DNA of 63,222 bases, filler included, from Collodictyon triciliatum (GCA_043381765.1; 10 parts of 10 records of this genome joined end to end with filler, not necessarily neighbours in it); one strand, 5' to 3'; numbered from the whole stretch's first letter, positions 12,006-25,477 are shown. The notes: a model not told the origin generated them from the letters alone. Numbers and translations: made by a program.

Positions 12006-15000
12006 TCAGGCGTGATTGTGGTGTGTTTGTCTGTGTGGGGTATGCGCCCAACACGAAAGTACATACAACGAGAGTATAAGGAAATGGATAATGCATGATT
12101 AAATGATTAAAAAAAAGTAGGTAAGAGAAAAAGGGATGGAGTGACATATAACTCCAATAGAACCCCTGGGTTATAGCCAGGCCGCAGCACAACAAGCTGG
12201 GTTTTCACATGCAAGAAAATACAATTACCAGCCGCGGGATCAAAAGAGCGCTTCAAAATCATTTCCTGAGCGTTTGGTAAGGTTTATTGTGTCGGCGTCA
12301 ACAGCTAAGTTTGTCGAGAATTTTAAAAAAAAAAAAAAGAGTTTATTGTGTTTAGACGAGCAAATGGCTACTTTTGTTGAAAGATGTTCAAACTCGGAGC
12401 CTTTCAGTTGGTTATTTCCTAGCGCCCATTTTTTGATTTTGGTTTGTCGAGATTTCTCTCAGAACACTTGAGCGCTATCTTGAAATGGAGAGTGTTATCT
12501 GGAGTTTTATTCCACAGATAGAAATATTGCCCTTGCGGGACGGCATTATCTCAGTTTCCCCAAATTTGTAATCGCTTGTGCAATAGCGCCGCCATCAATT
12601 CGCCTCAGTCCAGATTTGGAAGCTTCGTTCCGAAATAAGANNNNNNNNNNNNNNNNNNNNNNNNNNNNNNNNNNNNNNNNNNNNTTAATTAATTAANNNN
12701 NNNNNNNNNNNNNNNNNNNNNNNNNNNNNNNNNNNNNNNNGACGCCGTATTTGTTGCATCTTGGTTGAAAGCAGTGACACGTGTCGGTTAAGGGGTTCAG
12801 GCCAGCAGCGTATGGAATCTGGATTTGTGGCTCATCAATCTGCAATTGATATGGTCTAGAATAGTTGCAACCTTTAAGAGGTGCGAGTGCCAAGGACTCT
12901 GACTCCAATTTGATCGGAGGCCAAATTCTCCCTGGGGCGAAAGTGCACGCGACTACCCTGCTCTCCTTTCCGATCAGATTCCTTGTGTTCGTTCATTCTA
13001 TTAAACTCCAAATCCAATATCCTTGACTTATGCATATCTAGTATTCAATAGATAACATATAACAGCCGGCAAACCAGCATAACTTCTTCAGCATAGGCAT
13101 TAGCGGAACCGGCAAGAATATTGTAAATTATTTTTGCAGACTCTGAAGAAATATACCTTTATTTTTTGAATTAGCAACTACAATATTACTCAAAAATTTG
13201 GTAATATAAATAATCGATTATCTATTCGAATAGGCTGAAGACCGTCGTCCGTTCAACTCGACTCCTTGAAACTCAAAATCATACTTTAATCAACCAGATT
13301 TATGTACGACTCATATTTGGGAAAATCTCTACAGGTATTTTTATGACTAAATAAACGGTAGATTCTGATACTTAACATCTCAGTTAATTTTTACCTTTAC
13401 TTTTCATAAGGCATATACGATATTTAATGATGTATGAATTAAAAATAGCCAAGTTGGATAAATCAATCATGAGTTAATTTCAACGATATTAAAGGTTATT
13501 TCATTGATACAAAAAATCCATACAATCAATACAAAATTTTCGACTATTTTTTATTATTCCGTTCCATTTTGTGCAGGACGGTGGAGATGTTGGCCTTGGT
13601 TCGCTGGTCATCGTTTGCATGGGCGCTACTTGGTGGCCGGGTGGCGTAGAAGTAGTCGGTATTCAGGAATTGCATCCTGCATTTTGGCCTGTAGCCTGGG
13701 TCTTGTGCTTGGATAAGGAAGACAAGACAAAATTTTCAACTATTTATATATCTTGATTATTTCTCAGGATGAACTTAAAAAAACCATTTGTAATAGCACT
13801 GCACGAACTTTCAGAAAGGGCCATCTGTCACCTATTTCATCTTACAAGGACTCTAGAGCTCTCATTTTTTTGGCGATAAATAAGTCATACAGTAAGTTGA
13901 CCAAGCCGATTCATAGTATCGAAAGGAAATTTATTTATTTCAAGGTTTCAAGTACCATTAATCTAATTTTTATAATAATAAAAAAACTTATAATTAAAAC
14001 TTTGAGGGCATTACAAATAATAGTGCAATCTTTGCGCCAGATTGACCAAGATTCTAATAGTAAAAAAGTATGATTCTTGTCTAATTTTACCTTCTAATTC
14101 TCCATAATTGAAAAGTACGAAAAAATTTAAATTTGTATCACAGAAAATTCGTCACATGTTTGATATTCAACGATAGAAAAACCAAATACGCACATTTCAA
14201 GTACATGTGCAAAGCCTAATTTTTAGCAGATTATCAATCAAACTTCTTTCTCAATTAAGGTCTCGTTTTGATAAATGGTTTAATCTGACAAATTCATGGA
14301 CTAGCTAAAAAATCGTTTTATTTTATTCAATATATCATATTAAGAATTAATTATTTATCTTGAATCGGAAAATGTTCAAACTAAAGTCATGGATAAAACT
14401 CAGATACAGTTGCAAAATGAGAGGGACAAAAGACAAAATCCGTGGGAAAGGGAACTGTTTCGATCTACTACTTGGAGGAGGAGGGAGGGGTGGTGGATCG
14501 GCGGCTCCTAGTTTTCCCGAAGGTCTGAAGTAAAGGTCTAAGAACGTACGGTGGGGGTGTTGGGTTGTGTTGTGTGTGGAAGTAATTATGTCTTTGTCCA
14601 GTCATTCATGACCAAAAAATAAATAAAATAATAATATTCGTTGTAAATTTTCGTAATCAAGAGTCATGTATCCTTTTTTGCGGTAAGGAGGCTTAATATT
14701 ATTTGAAAATTGCCTATTTAACATATATAATATAGCATGTATAAAGTCGAATAGTATAAATTAAAAATATTTCACTTGTAAAACTATTACTGATGATGAT
14801 AGAACAAAAATCTATAGAATTAAGAATTATCATCGAAGTCTGGCCATGCTAGGTTTTTTTATTATTCAGTTGATAGATTTAATATAGTATGAAAACATGG
14901 AATCAATATTTTCATGTTTATAATAAATACAATAATATCAGCTATATGTTTTCTAATGAAGTTTAATCAAAGTGAATAGTCTGTCTAATGCATCTGCATC

Positions 15001-18000
15001 GCTATGTCGTTTATTTTTGAATAATTGTATTACGTATCGCCTTTTGAATACTAAATCTGTAGAAAAATTTAAATACGTATCTACTAGAAAGTGTTCGTTA
15101 TCTGCATACTCTTGGTATCCGTATTTTAAATTCCGTCTTAATTAAATCAATAGATACACAATTACATCAAATGTGAAGTAAAAAACCAACTAACCAAAAT
15201 ATGAACCATTCTAATATCCAAATCGAAAAACACATATCATGTCCCCGCTAAAAACCAGTTTGCCGCTAAATGATACACCACTCCTCCCCTTGACCGTCCT
15301 GCAATCTTTTGTCCACAGCTTCACACCCATACCCCTCACCTAACTAGACCTTGTTCGTTTCTCCAAGTGAAATGATTTGTAGGTTTATCGCTCAATAAAT
15401 AAACCAATATGATAATTAATCGTTGTTATATCATCTAAATTAGTTTAATTTTCTCCCTTGGTTATATAGATGTCGATTTATCAAATCCAACAAACCCGCC
15501 CTCCCCCTTCCAATTCCAAATCAATCAGAGGTAATAAGACGCATACCGATATTCGTTTTTGTATTGCCCCGACTAACCAAGGATATGGTAGACGGTTCAC
15601 GCCCTTTCATTTTTTTCGATTATTATCATTCATGTATATTCATACATTTCTTTTTATGCATACATAATATTTTCGTATATTTATGTTGATTCCCTGAATG
15701 ATTTATTTAGTTTATCCACCACATATATTATGACTTCTATGATTGTTTCATATTATTAAGTCTGATAGTGTTCAGTTTATTATTTTTGGTCAAAATATGG
15801 CAGAGTACTAGAATTAAATACGATTACAATTTAATTTCTTCATTTATTATTCATCAATTTTCAACTAGGAATATTATCTATGTATTGATGCACACGTAAA
15901 ATACCTCAATGACTAAATTCTCAATTATAAATTACCTTTGAAACGATCGTGCTAGTAAATTTATTAACATTCAGACCTTTGTTTCCTTTCTCATAGCAAT
16001 AATTATAATTTGTATCAAAATCTAGTACTAACCTTAGTGTAATAGACTTATTCTATTCAGAGCTACAAAGAACCTTTATAGCACACAATCTTCAAATTCT
16101 CAATGAAATATAGGATTTACATAAAACATATCACTATTAATAGTCATAATAATAAAACAATTTTTTATCAGAGTGATTTGGTTTTGATTAGTATAGCTGA
16201 TTTTAGCTCTATGAATCATATTAATATGGTGATTGTGACAAATATGTCCCTTAAAGAGAGGTCAATTATATATTTCTATTTTAGAGACTTATGATAGAAA
16301 ATGAGATAATAATTGACATGAATCAGGAAAATTAATGCAAAATAATGCTGAAACTGGTTGTGAATCATGAAATCTGTTAGAAATGGTATCCAATATTCAC
16401 ACAACATCTTTTAATACTGCAATCAGTTATTAATGAAAATTTACTGAATATTAGGATGTAGTTCATCTCTTGAGCCCCTATTTTGTAAATGGATGGTTAT
16501 ACTTTAAGGGTCGACATATTTTATATTTTATATTTAATCAATAATATAGTTAACTGAAAGACAATTTGCTAAGTTATATTAAATCATAATTTTAATATCT
16601 ATCAGATATTATCGAAATCCATGTTCTAAAGAAAATCTTTTTGTTTGCTCCTATATGATGTCCATTCGATGTAGTCCAGTGTACAGGATTTATTTTATCA
16701 TTGATAAATATAAGTTATCTAATAAAATGAATATTTTACAGCTATGATAATCTGATGAATAATATGTATAAATATGAAACGGAAACAAAAACGAATTGAA
16801 TCAGTATATCTCGATGAATATTCACATTGTGATAATGAATAATTAATAATATCCTGATTAATTTTTATTGTATTTTCTTGGTTTTATACTTTTCATTTAG
16901 AGGAATATTAAAATAAATGTTCAACAAATAAAGTAATTTTTCAAAGGATATCACTGGTTCTGGTAAAGAATATTTTTACGAGATTATATTTTATAATATT
17001 TTGATGAATAATCTATTAATACTTGCACTTAAATTAATTATCATATATCATTCAATTTTAATTTTATTCCCATCCATCTTTCATAATTAATCAATATGCC
17101 AATTAAACATTATTAAAATTATATGTCATTAACCACTTGCTTTTAAATATCATATCATCCGCTCATCCAATTTTGGATTGCTTAGAAAACGAGGACTTAT
17201 GATATATTTTTGATTAAATAAAATAATTAATGTTTTTGTGCATTAAGTAGCCTTTATAAAGAGAACATGATTGAACAACTAATTTATTAATTATTTCTTC
17301 ACTTTAAAATTATAATATACGAAATATGTGAAAATGTAAGCAAATGATTGACATACAATTTCCTTGATAACATGTTATTCATTATTTAGATGCACACTTA
17401 ATTTCTTGATACAAATAACACATATAACTTTTATCATATTGATTCCTATTTAAATCGTGCAATTGTTTGAATAATAATAATTCATTCTATATTTCTAATT
17501 ATAGGTGTGATATATTTTGATTTAAAAGTGCATATAATGATTGAAAAAGTCTTCTGTGAAATCGTCAGCTATTTTGGTCACCACAATTTATTGATTTATC
17601 ACTCAGACAAACCAAACCTATTCTTCTCAAACTGAAAGATGTATTATCCTATCATTTAAACTTAAACTTGATTTTTTGATTTATTCTCATGTCCTATTCA
17701 CAATAAGGCTAATTAGCATGAGTCCCATACTTAATATTGTTTTCCGTATGTCGTAAATTGATTGATTTGTTTTTAAGGCATGTTTCATCTAATAATTGAT
17801 TAGTGATTTTCCTATAAGTATCAAAATAAAATCTACCTATTATTGATACAAAAATGACCTTGTTAAAAATATAACCGAAGACTAATGAATTTTTATCAGT
17901 TTTACCAACAATTTGTGAGTTGATATCGTTTAATTTGAGATGATGACTTTTTTGCATTTTTTATAATTCTCATAAATCAACTGATTAATTCACTATACCA

Positions 18001-18243
18001 TGTAATAAAATAGTCATGTTTATCAATGGATGTGAAATAGAGTATTCATATTTTGAGAGATTTTATTATATGAGTATTATTGAAGTTATATGTAGATAAT
18101 CTAAGTATGTATTTTTGAATGAATCAATGATAATTGAGTAGAATGATTCAATATTAAATGTTTAAGAAAATTTCTTGACTGGGTATTACACCACTTCATA
18201 AAATTTTGTATAAATGTTTAAACACTCATCACATTAGTTTAGA

Positions 18244-19012
18244 ATGAGGTTGAACTCAAAGTCGTTTACATCTCTGTTGCTGTTGGGTGAGTTTTAAATT
18301 GGAATTGTTTTAATTTTATTGCTTCAAATTACAGATTTTAATAATATATCTTTAGGATTGATACTATACTGCCAATTTTGTCTTGTTGAAGGGCAAGATG
18401 ATTCGATTCGTACATTGAATGGTCACACTGGTACTGTTTACAGTGTTGCTCTTACTCCTGATGGCTCAAAAATTGTTTCTGGAAGCGATGATAGAACAGT
18501 CAAAATTTGGAATCTTTCTGATGGAGCTTTGATTCGTACATTGACTGGTCATACTGATTGGGTTCGGAGTGTTACTGTTACTCCTGATGGCTCAAAAATT
18601 GTTTCTGGAAGCGATGATAGAACAGTCAAAATTTGGAATCTTTCTGATGGAGCTTTGATTCGTACATTGACCGGTCATACTAGTTATGTTAACAGTGTTG
18701 CTGTTACTCCTGATGGCTCAAAAATTGTTTCTGGGAGCAGTGATAGAACAGTCAAAATTTGGAATCTTTTTGATGGGTCTTTGATTCGCACATTGACTGG
18801 CCATAACAATTACGTTTACAGCGTTGCTGTTACTCCTGATGGCACAAAAATTGTTTCTGGAAGCTGGGATATTACAATCAAAATCTGGAATCTTTCTGAT
18901 GGAGCTTTGATTCGCACATTGACTGGTCATACTGATTGGGTTCGGAGTGTTACTGTTACTCCTGATGGCACAGAAATTGTTTCTGGAAGCGATGATAGAA
19001 CAATCAAAATTT
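18244..19012 (+). CDS. Secreted WD40 protein with highly homogeneous 126-bp repeats, 3'-truncated
   Basis: Exon 1 is 18244-18286, followed by a GTGAGT...TTTAG intron at 18287-18355. The spliced N-terminus is MRLNSKSFTSLLLLGLILYCQFCLVEG/Q. Five WD40 repeats precede the contig break. Confidence 0.9.
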
Positions 19013-19112
19013 NNNNNNNNNNNNNNNNNNNNNNNNNNNNNNNNNNNNNNNNNNNNTTAATTAATTAANNNNNNNNNNNNNNNNNNNNNNNNNNNNNNNN
19101 NNNNNNNNNNNN

Positions 19113-19220
19113 TATTTATTATGTTTTATTTATTATGTTTTATTTATTATGTTTTATTTATTATGTTTTATTTATTATGTTTTATTTATTATGTTTTATT
19201 TATTATGTTTTATTTATTTA
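19113..19220. repeat. 14-bp minisatellite (TTTATTTATTATGT)n
   Basis: About seven tandem copies at the contig start. Confidence 0.9.
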
Positions 19221-19329
19221 CTCATCCTGTTCTCTATTTTCTGAGCCTTTGTTGTTTTGTTCTTGTTCTTGTTTCAATTTAAAGTTAAAAATATTACTTC
19301 TCTTAATCATCATAATAAATGCGATACAG

Positions 19330-19948
19330 TCCCGCTACTAAGGCGCAACAAGATGTTCCTGCTAGCCCTACAGCCAATCAATCGCAGCCGCAAACGCAAC
19401 AATCATCAGTGGAAAAGAAGGCTGCTTGTGTTGGCGAAAACGATGAAGAAATACACGTCTCTCTTGTAAAGCCTGGACTTGGGGCAGCTGTGGAGGCTGC
19501 ATCACTCTACGGACCCCGAGCAAGTGGGACTACATCACTTAACCAGCACTCGATTGCTGGACGTAAGGACGCTATCAATGCCGGAAAGGACACGGTCTCT
19601 TTGTTCATCCGAGAGCAAGTCTTACTGCAAACAAAGAAGCTCATGACCTCAGACATTTACTCTGTGTGTGAGCCTTTTATGTTTATCTTTCATTTATATT
19701 TATCTTGTTTTATTGATCAAGTTATTTTTTCCTTTATTCGATTCAAGTTTAATTTCTCAAGTTATAATATTTCGTTTTATGTTTTTCTTATTTAGTTTCT
19801 ATTGTTTGCTGTTCACTCAACTTAATATAAACAGACTCTGCAAAAGTTCAAAAAGCCTACCCACGAAGAAGGCGCAAGTACGCCTCAGTCGAGGCAACAT
19901 CACTCGCTGCCTGCAGACTATCAGCATCATCCGTCAAATCACGAATGA
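19330..19948 (+). CDS. 3' exons of a hypothetical protein
   Basis: An exon at about 19330-19663 (SPATKAQQDV...TSDIYS) follows an ATACAG acceptor. An AT-rich intron leads to exon 19835-19948 (TLQKFKKPTHEEG...NHE*). Confidence 0.5.
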
Positions 19949-20787
19949 GTAAATATTGCTCAATTTTAATCTCATAGAATTTAAAATGATACGTATCTCA
20001 GTAATATATAACTGGATTCTCCATAATGGTACGGTAAATAAGTATTCATATATTTTACTCGATCAGCCCCTCCTAACCCCTCATAATCACATAGAATTTC
20101 GATTCAACTGATTACAGAAATTAAACCCGAATAATAGAATATCCAAAATAGCATCATGATTTTCGATGAAATGAGTGCGAGGAAGCTCCACCTTTTCATG
20201 TCAAATGCGTTCAATTGTTGTGGAGAGCACTATACATTTTTCAATGCATGCTATCTAATGAATCCAAAAGAAAATAAGTATCGCCATCGCCATTTCCTTT
20301 TTGCATACATACCTTGCTTTTTCGCCTGCGTTTCAACATGTTTGTTTTTTGTTGTTGCTGTTTTTTTTGTTTTTTGTTTTTTGTTTTTTGTTTTTTGTTT
20401 TTTGTTTTTTGTTTTTTTGTTTTGTTCTTTGTTTTTTTTGTTTTTTTTGTTTTTTTTGTTTTTTTTGTTTTTTTTGTTTGTTTATTTTTTAAAATTTTCT
20501 GCACCCAATTTCATCATTTTCCTGTGTGCAATACTTTGTCCACTCCCGCAGCTCTACCGACATCCTCACGGTTCTTTTAAAAAAATATTTCATGGCCTAT
20601 CATAATGAATAAAAGCAAAACCACCATTTGAAATCGTCGCGATTCACTTTCTTTTATGTATTGGAATACTCATTTTTGCCAACGAACAAATAATGTAGAG
20701 ATGAAATAATTCAGAAAAAGAACTGAAGTGAAGAGGTGGTTGCAAGTTCGGATATTGAAAAGCATGATTCACACGAGCAGTAGTACA

Positions 20788-21285
20788 TTACTTCTTCGCA
20801 TCATCCTTTGTCTTCTTGAGTACAGTACTTTTTCTGATATTGGCGGAAGTTATCAATATTTTTTTGGAGCGATAAAGTCTGAGAGATGAAAGTGGCTTGT
20901 AGAAACGCAGTTTCTTGTGTGTTTGGAATTCTTCTCCTGACTTTTGGGACAAATAAGAGGAAGGTGCTTGAGACATGCTTTTTGTGTGGTGTTTGTGAAG
21001 AAGACAAAGTCGCAGACGTTGTGCTGCGATGTCGTGCTTTGCGAGTAGGCGGGTGGACTCTGTGTTTGTTTGGGCAAGGATACGTGCAATGTCGACCGCC
21101 GGCGATGATGATGACGATAAAGTCGAAGTTGGAGCCGAGGCGAGTAACGAAGGTGGCATTAAGTGTTGTGTTTGCGTAAGAATCAACCCGAGCTGCACAG
21201 GCGGAATGCTGCGAGCCAATCGGAGGGCAAGCTCGAGTCTGCCCTGGGAGCTCAAAAACTCGTATGATGTCTGTGGATTGTTCAT
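20788..21285 (-). CDS. Hypothetical protein (165 aa)
   Basis: Open frame in a GC-balanced island with protein-like composition. No recognisable domain. Confidence 0.35.
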   Translation of the reverse strand: MNNPQTSYEFLSSQGRLELALRLARSIPPVQLGLILTQTQHLMPPSLLASAPTSTLSSSSSPAVDIARILAQTNTESTRLLAKHDIAAQRLRLCLLHKHHTKSMSQAPSSYLSQKSGEEFQTHKKLRFYKPLSSLRLYRSKKILITSANIRKSTVLKKTKDDAKK

Positions 21286-22896
21286 CTAGGAGGAGAAGCA
21301 ATTTGTTAGACTATCGCCTGAAATCAGGTTGTGTGGATTCGGTGCGTCCTTTTGTCTTGGAGTTTCGCTCCTGTCCATGGTTAATTATAGACTTTGTGCC
21401 TGTGATGTGGAGTGGTTTTTTGAATGCCAAGAAAAGAGGAGCCCTGCGAATGACTCTTTGTCTTCCAGCACCAACTACATACAGATTATATACAGGAGCG
21501 CATCAGCCGCCTGCCTCGCCGAGTGACAAAGCGCCCGCAAAAACGAGCGTGTGTTTGTGTAGCCGAGCAGTGCCCGTGACAATCTTGTATGCAGCGCGTT
21601 TGTTCCTTGGTATGTGCTGTCGTCATGAATGCCCTCTGCCTATCACACACGACGTGTTTTGCTTTGCGGGTGACTCCCCTGGTGTGGTGTGTTGGTTGGC
21701 TTGTGACGTGGCACTGACAGGTTCCGATTTGTGATGACTGGTGTGGTGCCACTCTGTGACGTCATGATTCCAGCACCAGAACCCATTGACCCAAACATGG
21801 ACTCAACATATGGGAATGTGCTCAAGAGACATTATGGAAATCGGTAGGGTGACTTAAAACACACAAAATATAATTATCTATTATACAATTATGAATATTA
21901 TGCATAAATTTATTTATTGAAGTATTGTACATCTTAATTATTATTATAACATCCAGAATTAGAAATATAATATGGAAAATGAATATCCATATAGGGATGT
22001 ATTGAAAGGGTATCCTAATACGACTATATTTATAGAATATTATGAACATTTACCAGATTCGAAACATGAGGACAAAGACGGCAAGGCAGGTAATTTCCAT
22101 AAAAAACCGGAACATCAGAATTAGGAATCACGTCTGCCGTTCATTCCACAATTGGGGATTGGACTCCTCATTATTTTTTGTGGATCATGTGCTCCGATCA
22201 CAATTTGCGCAATTAATTTTTTTTTTTGTTTGTTTGTTTCGTGCAGGGGGATGTGATACATACGCAGCCTATTGCTTCGCGGATTTCCAACCTTTTTCCT
22301 GGGTCTCTGATGCAAGGCCGACTTTCCGCAACGCAATTCCTTCTGATTCATTTCCAGCACCGCACCCAACAAAGCAGATCTTCTGGGACAATGCCGTGAT
22401 ACCCGGACAGGAATAAACACCTCTTGCTCTACTCGACCAAAATGAAAGAGAAAAAAAAATCTATTCTTAAATAATAAACAAAAAGCAAAAAGCAAAAAAC
22501 AAAAAGCAAAAAACAAAAAGCAAAAAACAAAAAGCAAAAAACAAAAAGCAAAAAACAAAAAGAAAAAAACAAAAAGAAAAAAGCAAAAAGCAAAAAAGCA
22601 TAAAACAAAAAAAACACATGCTCACGCGCATGGAACCGTCCACCCACACCCAACGTCTCGCAATGCCTTCTTTCTTCTTTCCTTCCCATCGATCTCCATC
22701 GCGCCGCAGCCAGCCCCATCTCCCCTCGCCATTACCTCCACACCGACCGCACCCACAAACGAAGGAAACCCATCCCCCTTACCAACAAACAAACAAACAA
22801 ACAAACAAACAAACAAACAAACAAACAAACAAACAAACAAACAAACAAACAAACAAACAAACAAACAAAGGCATCCCCACCTCCACAGAGATCGCA

Positions 22897-24072
22897 ATGG
22901 GCACGCCAACCCCCACAGACACGCGGCCACACACCCTCCTCCGCTTCGGCAGCATCCCGGACGACACACCCACGCCGCTGGGTTGGCAGGACGACTCGCC
23001 GCTCGGGCTGCGCTCCCTGTCCCCGCCGCGCGCCCTGGCCACAGCCACAGCCACAGCCACAGCCACAGCCACAGCCACGCGGCCGCCGATCATGCCGGAC
23101 TCTAACGGCGAGAGCGACGAAGATGGCGACGAAGATGGCGAGGAAGATGGAGGCGAAGAGGGGCACAGGGCCGAGACGCGGACAGGGGGTGGGGCAGGGG
23201 CAGGGGCAGGGGCAGGGGCAGGGAGTGGGGCAGGGGCAGGGCTCGTGCGGCGGAAGCGGGTGCGGTCTGCGGCGTGGACGCGGGGGGAGGACGAGCGCCT
23301 CGGGGCGATTGTGCGGGGCAGCGGGCAGCGCAACTGGCGGGCGATTGCACGTGCGCTCGGGGGGCAGCGGTCTGCGGACCAGTGTTGCCAGCGGTGGCAC
23401 CGCGTGCTGAGCCCGGATCTGAACCGCGACGCGTGGACGCCGCACGAGGACGCGCTGCTGGCCGATCTGATCCGCTCCCACGGGCTCGCCGCGTGGCCAA
23501 CCATCCTCGCCCGCTTCCCGCACCGCACCGAGCTGCAGTGCCGCTTCCGCTGGTCCACCCTCAAGCGCCGCCAGACCCTCGTCTTCCACCTCGAGACCCC
23601 TGCCGCAGCCACAGTTCCAGCCACAGTTCCAGCCACAGTTCCAGCCACACCCACAGCCACAGCCACGCCCATGCCGCCCCCGCTCCCCGCCCGCATCGGC
23701 GCCCCCTCCATGGCACAAGTCTCCCCCGCCTCCTCCCCGCTGCTCGCCCGCCTGCCCCATCCGCACCTCTCGGCCTCCTCCCCGCTCACCCCGCAGTTCC
23801 CATCGCCCCTGCCCTCCCCGCTTTCCCAGACACTCCTCACCCCGCAGTTCCCGTTTTCCGTACCCTCCCCGCTTTCCCAGACCCTTCCTGCCCCGCCGTT
23901 GTCGGCGCTGCTCTCTGCGCGTGGCAGCCCGCGTTCTCTGGTGGCGACTTTGCCGCTCCCGCAGACTCCCGCGGCGTCGCTTTCCTCTCCCCAGACGCAG
24001 CAGAGTCCCTGGTCGGCCGATTCGCCCCGAGTGCAGGACATTCGCATGAAGATTGATTCGTTGCTGAATTAA
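22897..24072 (+). CDS. Two-repeat Myb transcription factor
   Basis: Myb repeats WTRGEDERL...NWRAIA...RSADQCCQRW and WTPHEDALL...WPTI...RTELQCRFRW. The likely start is ATG 22897; the upstream frame is only an (AAAC)n repeat. The protein ends MKIDSLLN*. Confidence 0.9.
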   Translation: MGTPTPTDTRPHTLLRFGSIPDDTPTPLGWQDDSPLGLRSLSPPRALATATATATATATATRPPIMPDSNGESDEDGDEDGEEDGGEEGHRAETRTGGGAGAGAGAGAGSGAGAGLVRRKRVRSAAWTRGEDERLGAIVRGSGQRNWRAIARALGGQRSADQCCQRWHRVLSPDLNRDAWTPHEDALLADLIRSHGLAAWPTILARFPHRTELQCRFRWSTLKRRQTLVFHLETPAAATVPATVPATVPATPTATATPMPPPLPARIGAPSMAQVSPASSPLLARLPHPHLSASSPLTPQFPSPLPSPLSQTLLTPQFPFSVPSPLSQTLPAPPLSALLSARGSPRSLVATLPLPQTPAASLSSPQTQQSPWSADSPRVQDIRMKIDSLLN

Positions 24073-24987
24073 GGTTGGTCTTTGTGTATGTATCCGTGTC
24101 TGTGCGCGGGGTGCGGTCCCAGCATTTCTTTTCTTGCTTGTTAAAATTATTCTTTCATCCGTCCCATTCTCATCCTTTTATTGTATTATTATTATTGTTA
24201 ATGTCAATGTCATTCTTTCCTCCGTCTCATTTTCATCCTTTTATTATTATTATTATTATTATTTTTGGAAAAAGAAAAAGAAAGGGAAGATACAACTTGC
24301 AAGGTGTCAGTTTTCATGTGGATAGTGATGGAAATAATGATAAAGGAAATCAGTTGGATGTGTACGGATGTGTGTTGCAGGAAACCTGCAAAGTTGTTGG
24401 ATATATCACGGACAGAATTGATTCGTTTCTTTCCGAACGCGTTGTATTAACATGTCTTCCCTTTTCCTGCAATACTAGAATGTGTTTGCCCAGAAGACTG
24501 CCCCTCCTGCGCGTAATCAGATCCAGGGGTGTTGCCAGACGACTTAGATTTCTGTTATTAATAACACCATTCAATACTTCACTCCACTATACTCTACTCC
24601 ATCTCTTTCGCTAGAATGAAAAGTAACTTCCACCGCTTCATAAAACTCTCATTCTTGATTATTTTTTTTATCTCTTGCGTCTCCTTTATCGTAATAAATT
24701 ATAAACTCGAAGCAACATTCATTCATTCATTTCGAAATAAACATGAAAAAAATGGAAGTGGAAGGAAAAAAAAAGAAAAAGAAAAAGGAACAAACAAGAA
24801 ATATAACGTAAATAAGCACACACAATCACTTTTGAAAGTAATCGCCATTAACGGTGATGATGATGATGATGGGGGTCTAATTCCATATCTTTAATTTTTC
24901 CTTGTTTGTTCGTTTCTTTCCTCTCTCATCGGTTCCCAGTCACGATAGTCAACATCTCTCTGGGAATCAACATAGGAAAGGTAACTT

Positions 24988-25377
24988 TCACTTCCATTTG
25001 CACATGGTTAGTGAATGACTAAGGTAGTTTGCATAATAGAAGTTCCCGTTAGGTGAGAATGCGATGCCGAGAGGATGTTTTGCATTCATAAAGCCCAACC
25101 GAGTGCCGTCCTTGGCATAAAACCGAATCTGAGACCGTGACCAATCGCTAATCGCAAATCCATTCTTTGGTCCACGGCACATATCTACTGATGGTGTTCC
25201 AGATGAGCATTGGTCAACAGTCATCGAGCGTATATACGCTCCATCATTACTCAACACATGTACTGTATTTCCACCACGGCAAAGAACAAGAAGCTCGTTT
25301 TCGTGGTTGAATGCGACTGCCTCTGGCTGTTCGATGCGAATGCTTGTTTCCGTCGTACAAGGATTCGGCATTGTGCA
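24988..25377 (-). CDS. C-terminal NHL-repeat (beta-propeller) fragment, 5'-truncated
   Basis: PEAVAFNHENELLV...NTVHVLSNDGAYIR, FAISDWSRSQIRFYAKDG and HPLGIAFSPNGNFYYANY are NHL-like blades. Confidence 0.75.
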   Translation of the reverse strand, partial: CTMPNPCTTETSIRIEQPEAVAFNHENELLVLCRGGNTVHVLSNDGAYIRSMTVDQCSSGTPSVDMCRGPKNGFAISDWSRSQIRFYAKDGTRLGFMNAKHPLGIAFSPNGNFYYANYLSHSLTMCKWK

Positions 25378-25477
25378 NNNNNNNNNNNNNNNNNNNNNNN
25401 NNNNNNNNNNNNNNNNNNNNNTTAATTAATTAANNNNNNNNNNNNNNNNNNNNNNNNNNNNNNNNNNNNNNNNNNNN

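Noticed and set aside
14422-14600. G-rich patch with weak inverted ends
   Set aside because: The inverted match is short and low in complexity, and there is no other copy in the window.
18410-19012. Diversity-generating retroelement acting on the WD40 repeats
   Set aside because: No reverse transcriptase or template/variable repeat pair is visible, and the differences are not adenine-specific.
20156-20605. Phe/Lys-rich ORFs (also 22121-22719, 44988-45301, 57222-57841, 62892-63221)
   Set aside because: They are translations of simple-sequence repeats or N runs.
22732-24047. Long antisense ORFs (344 and 422 aa) over the Myb gene
   Set aside because: They are shadow frames expected in very GC-rich coding DNA, with no domain signal.
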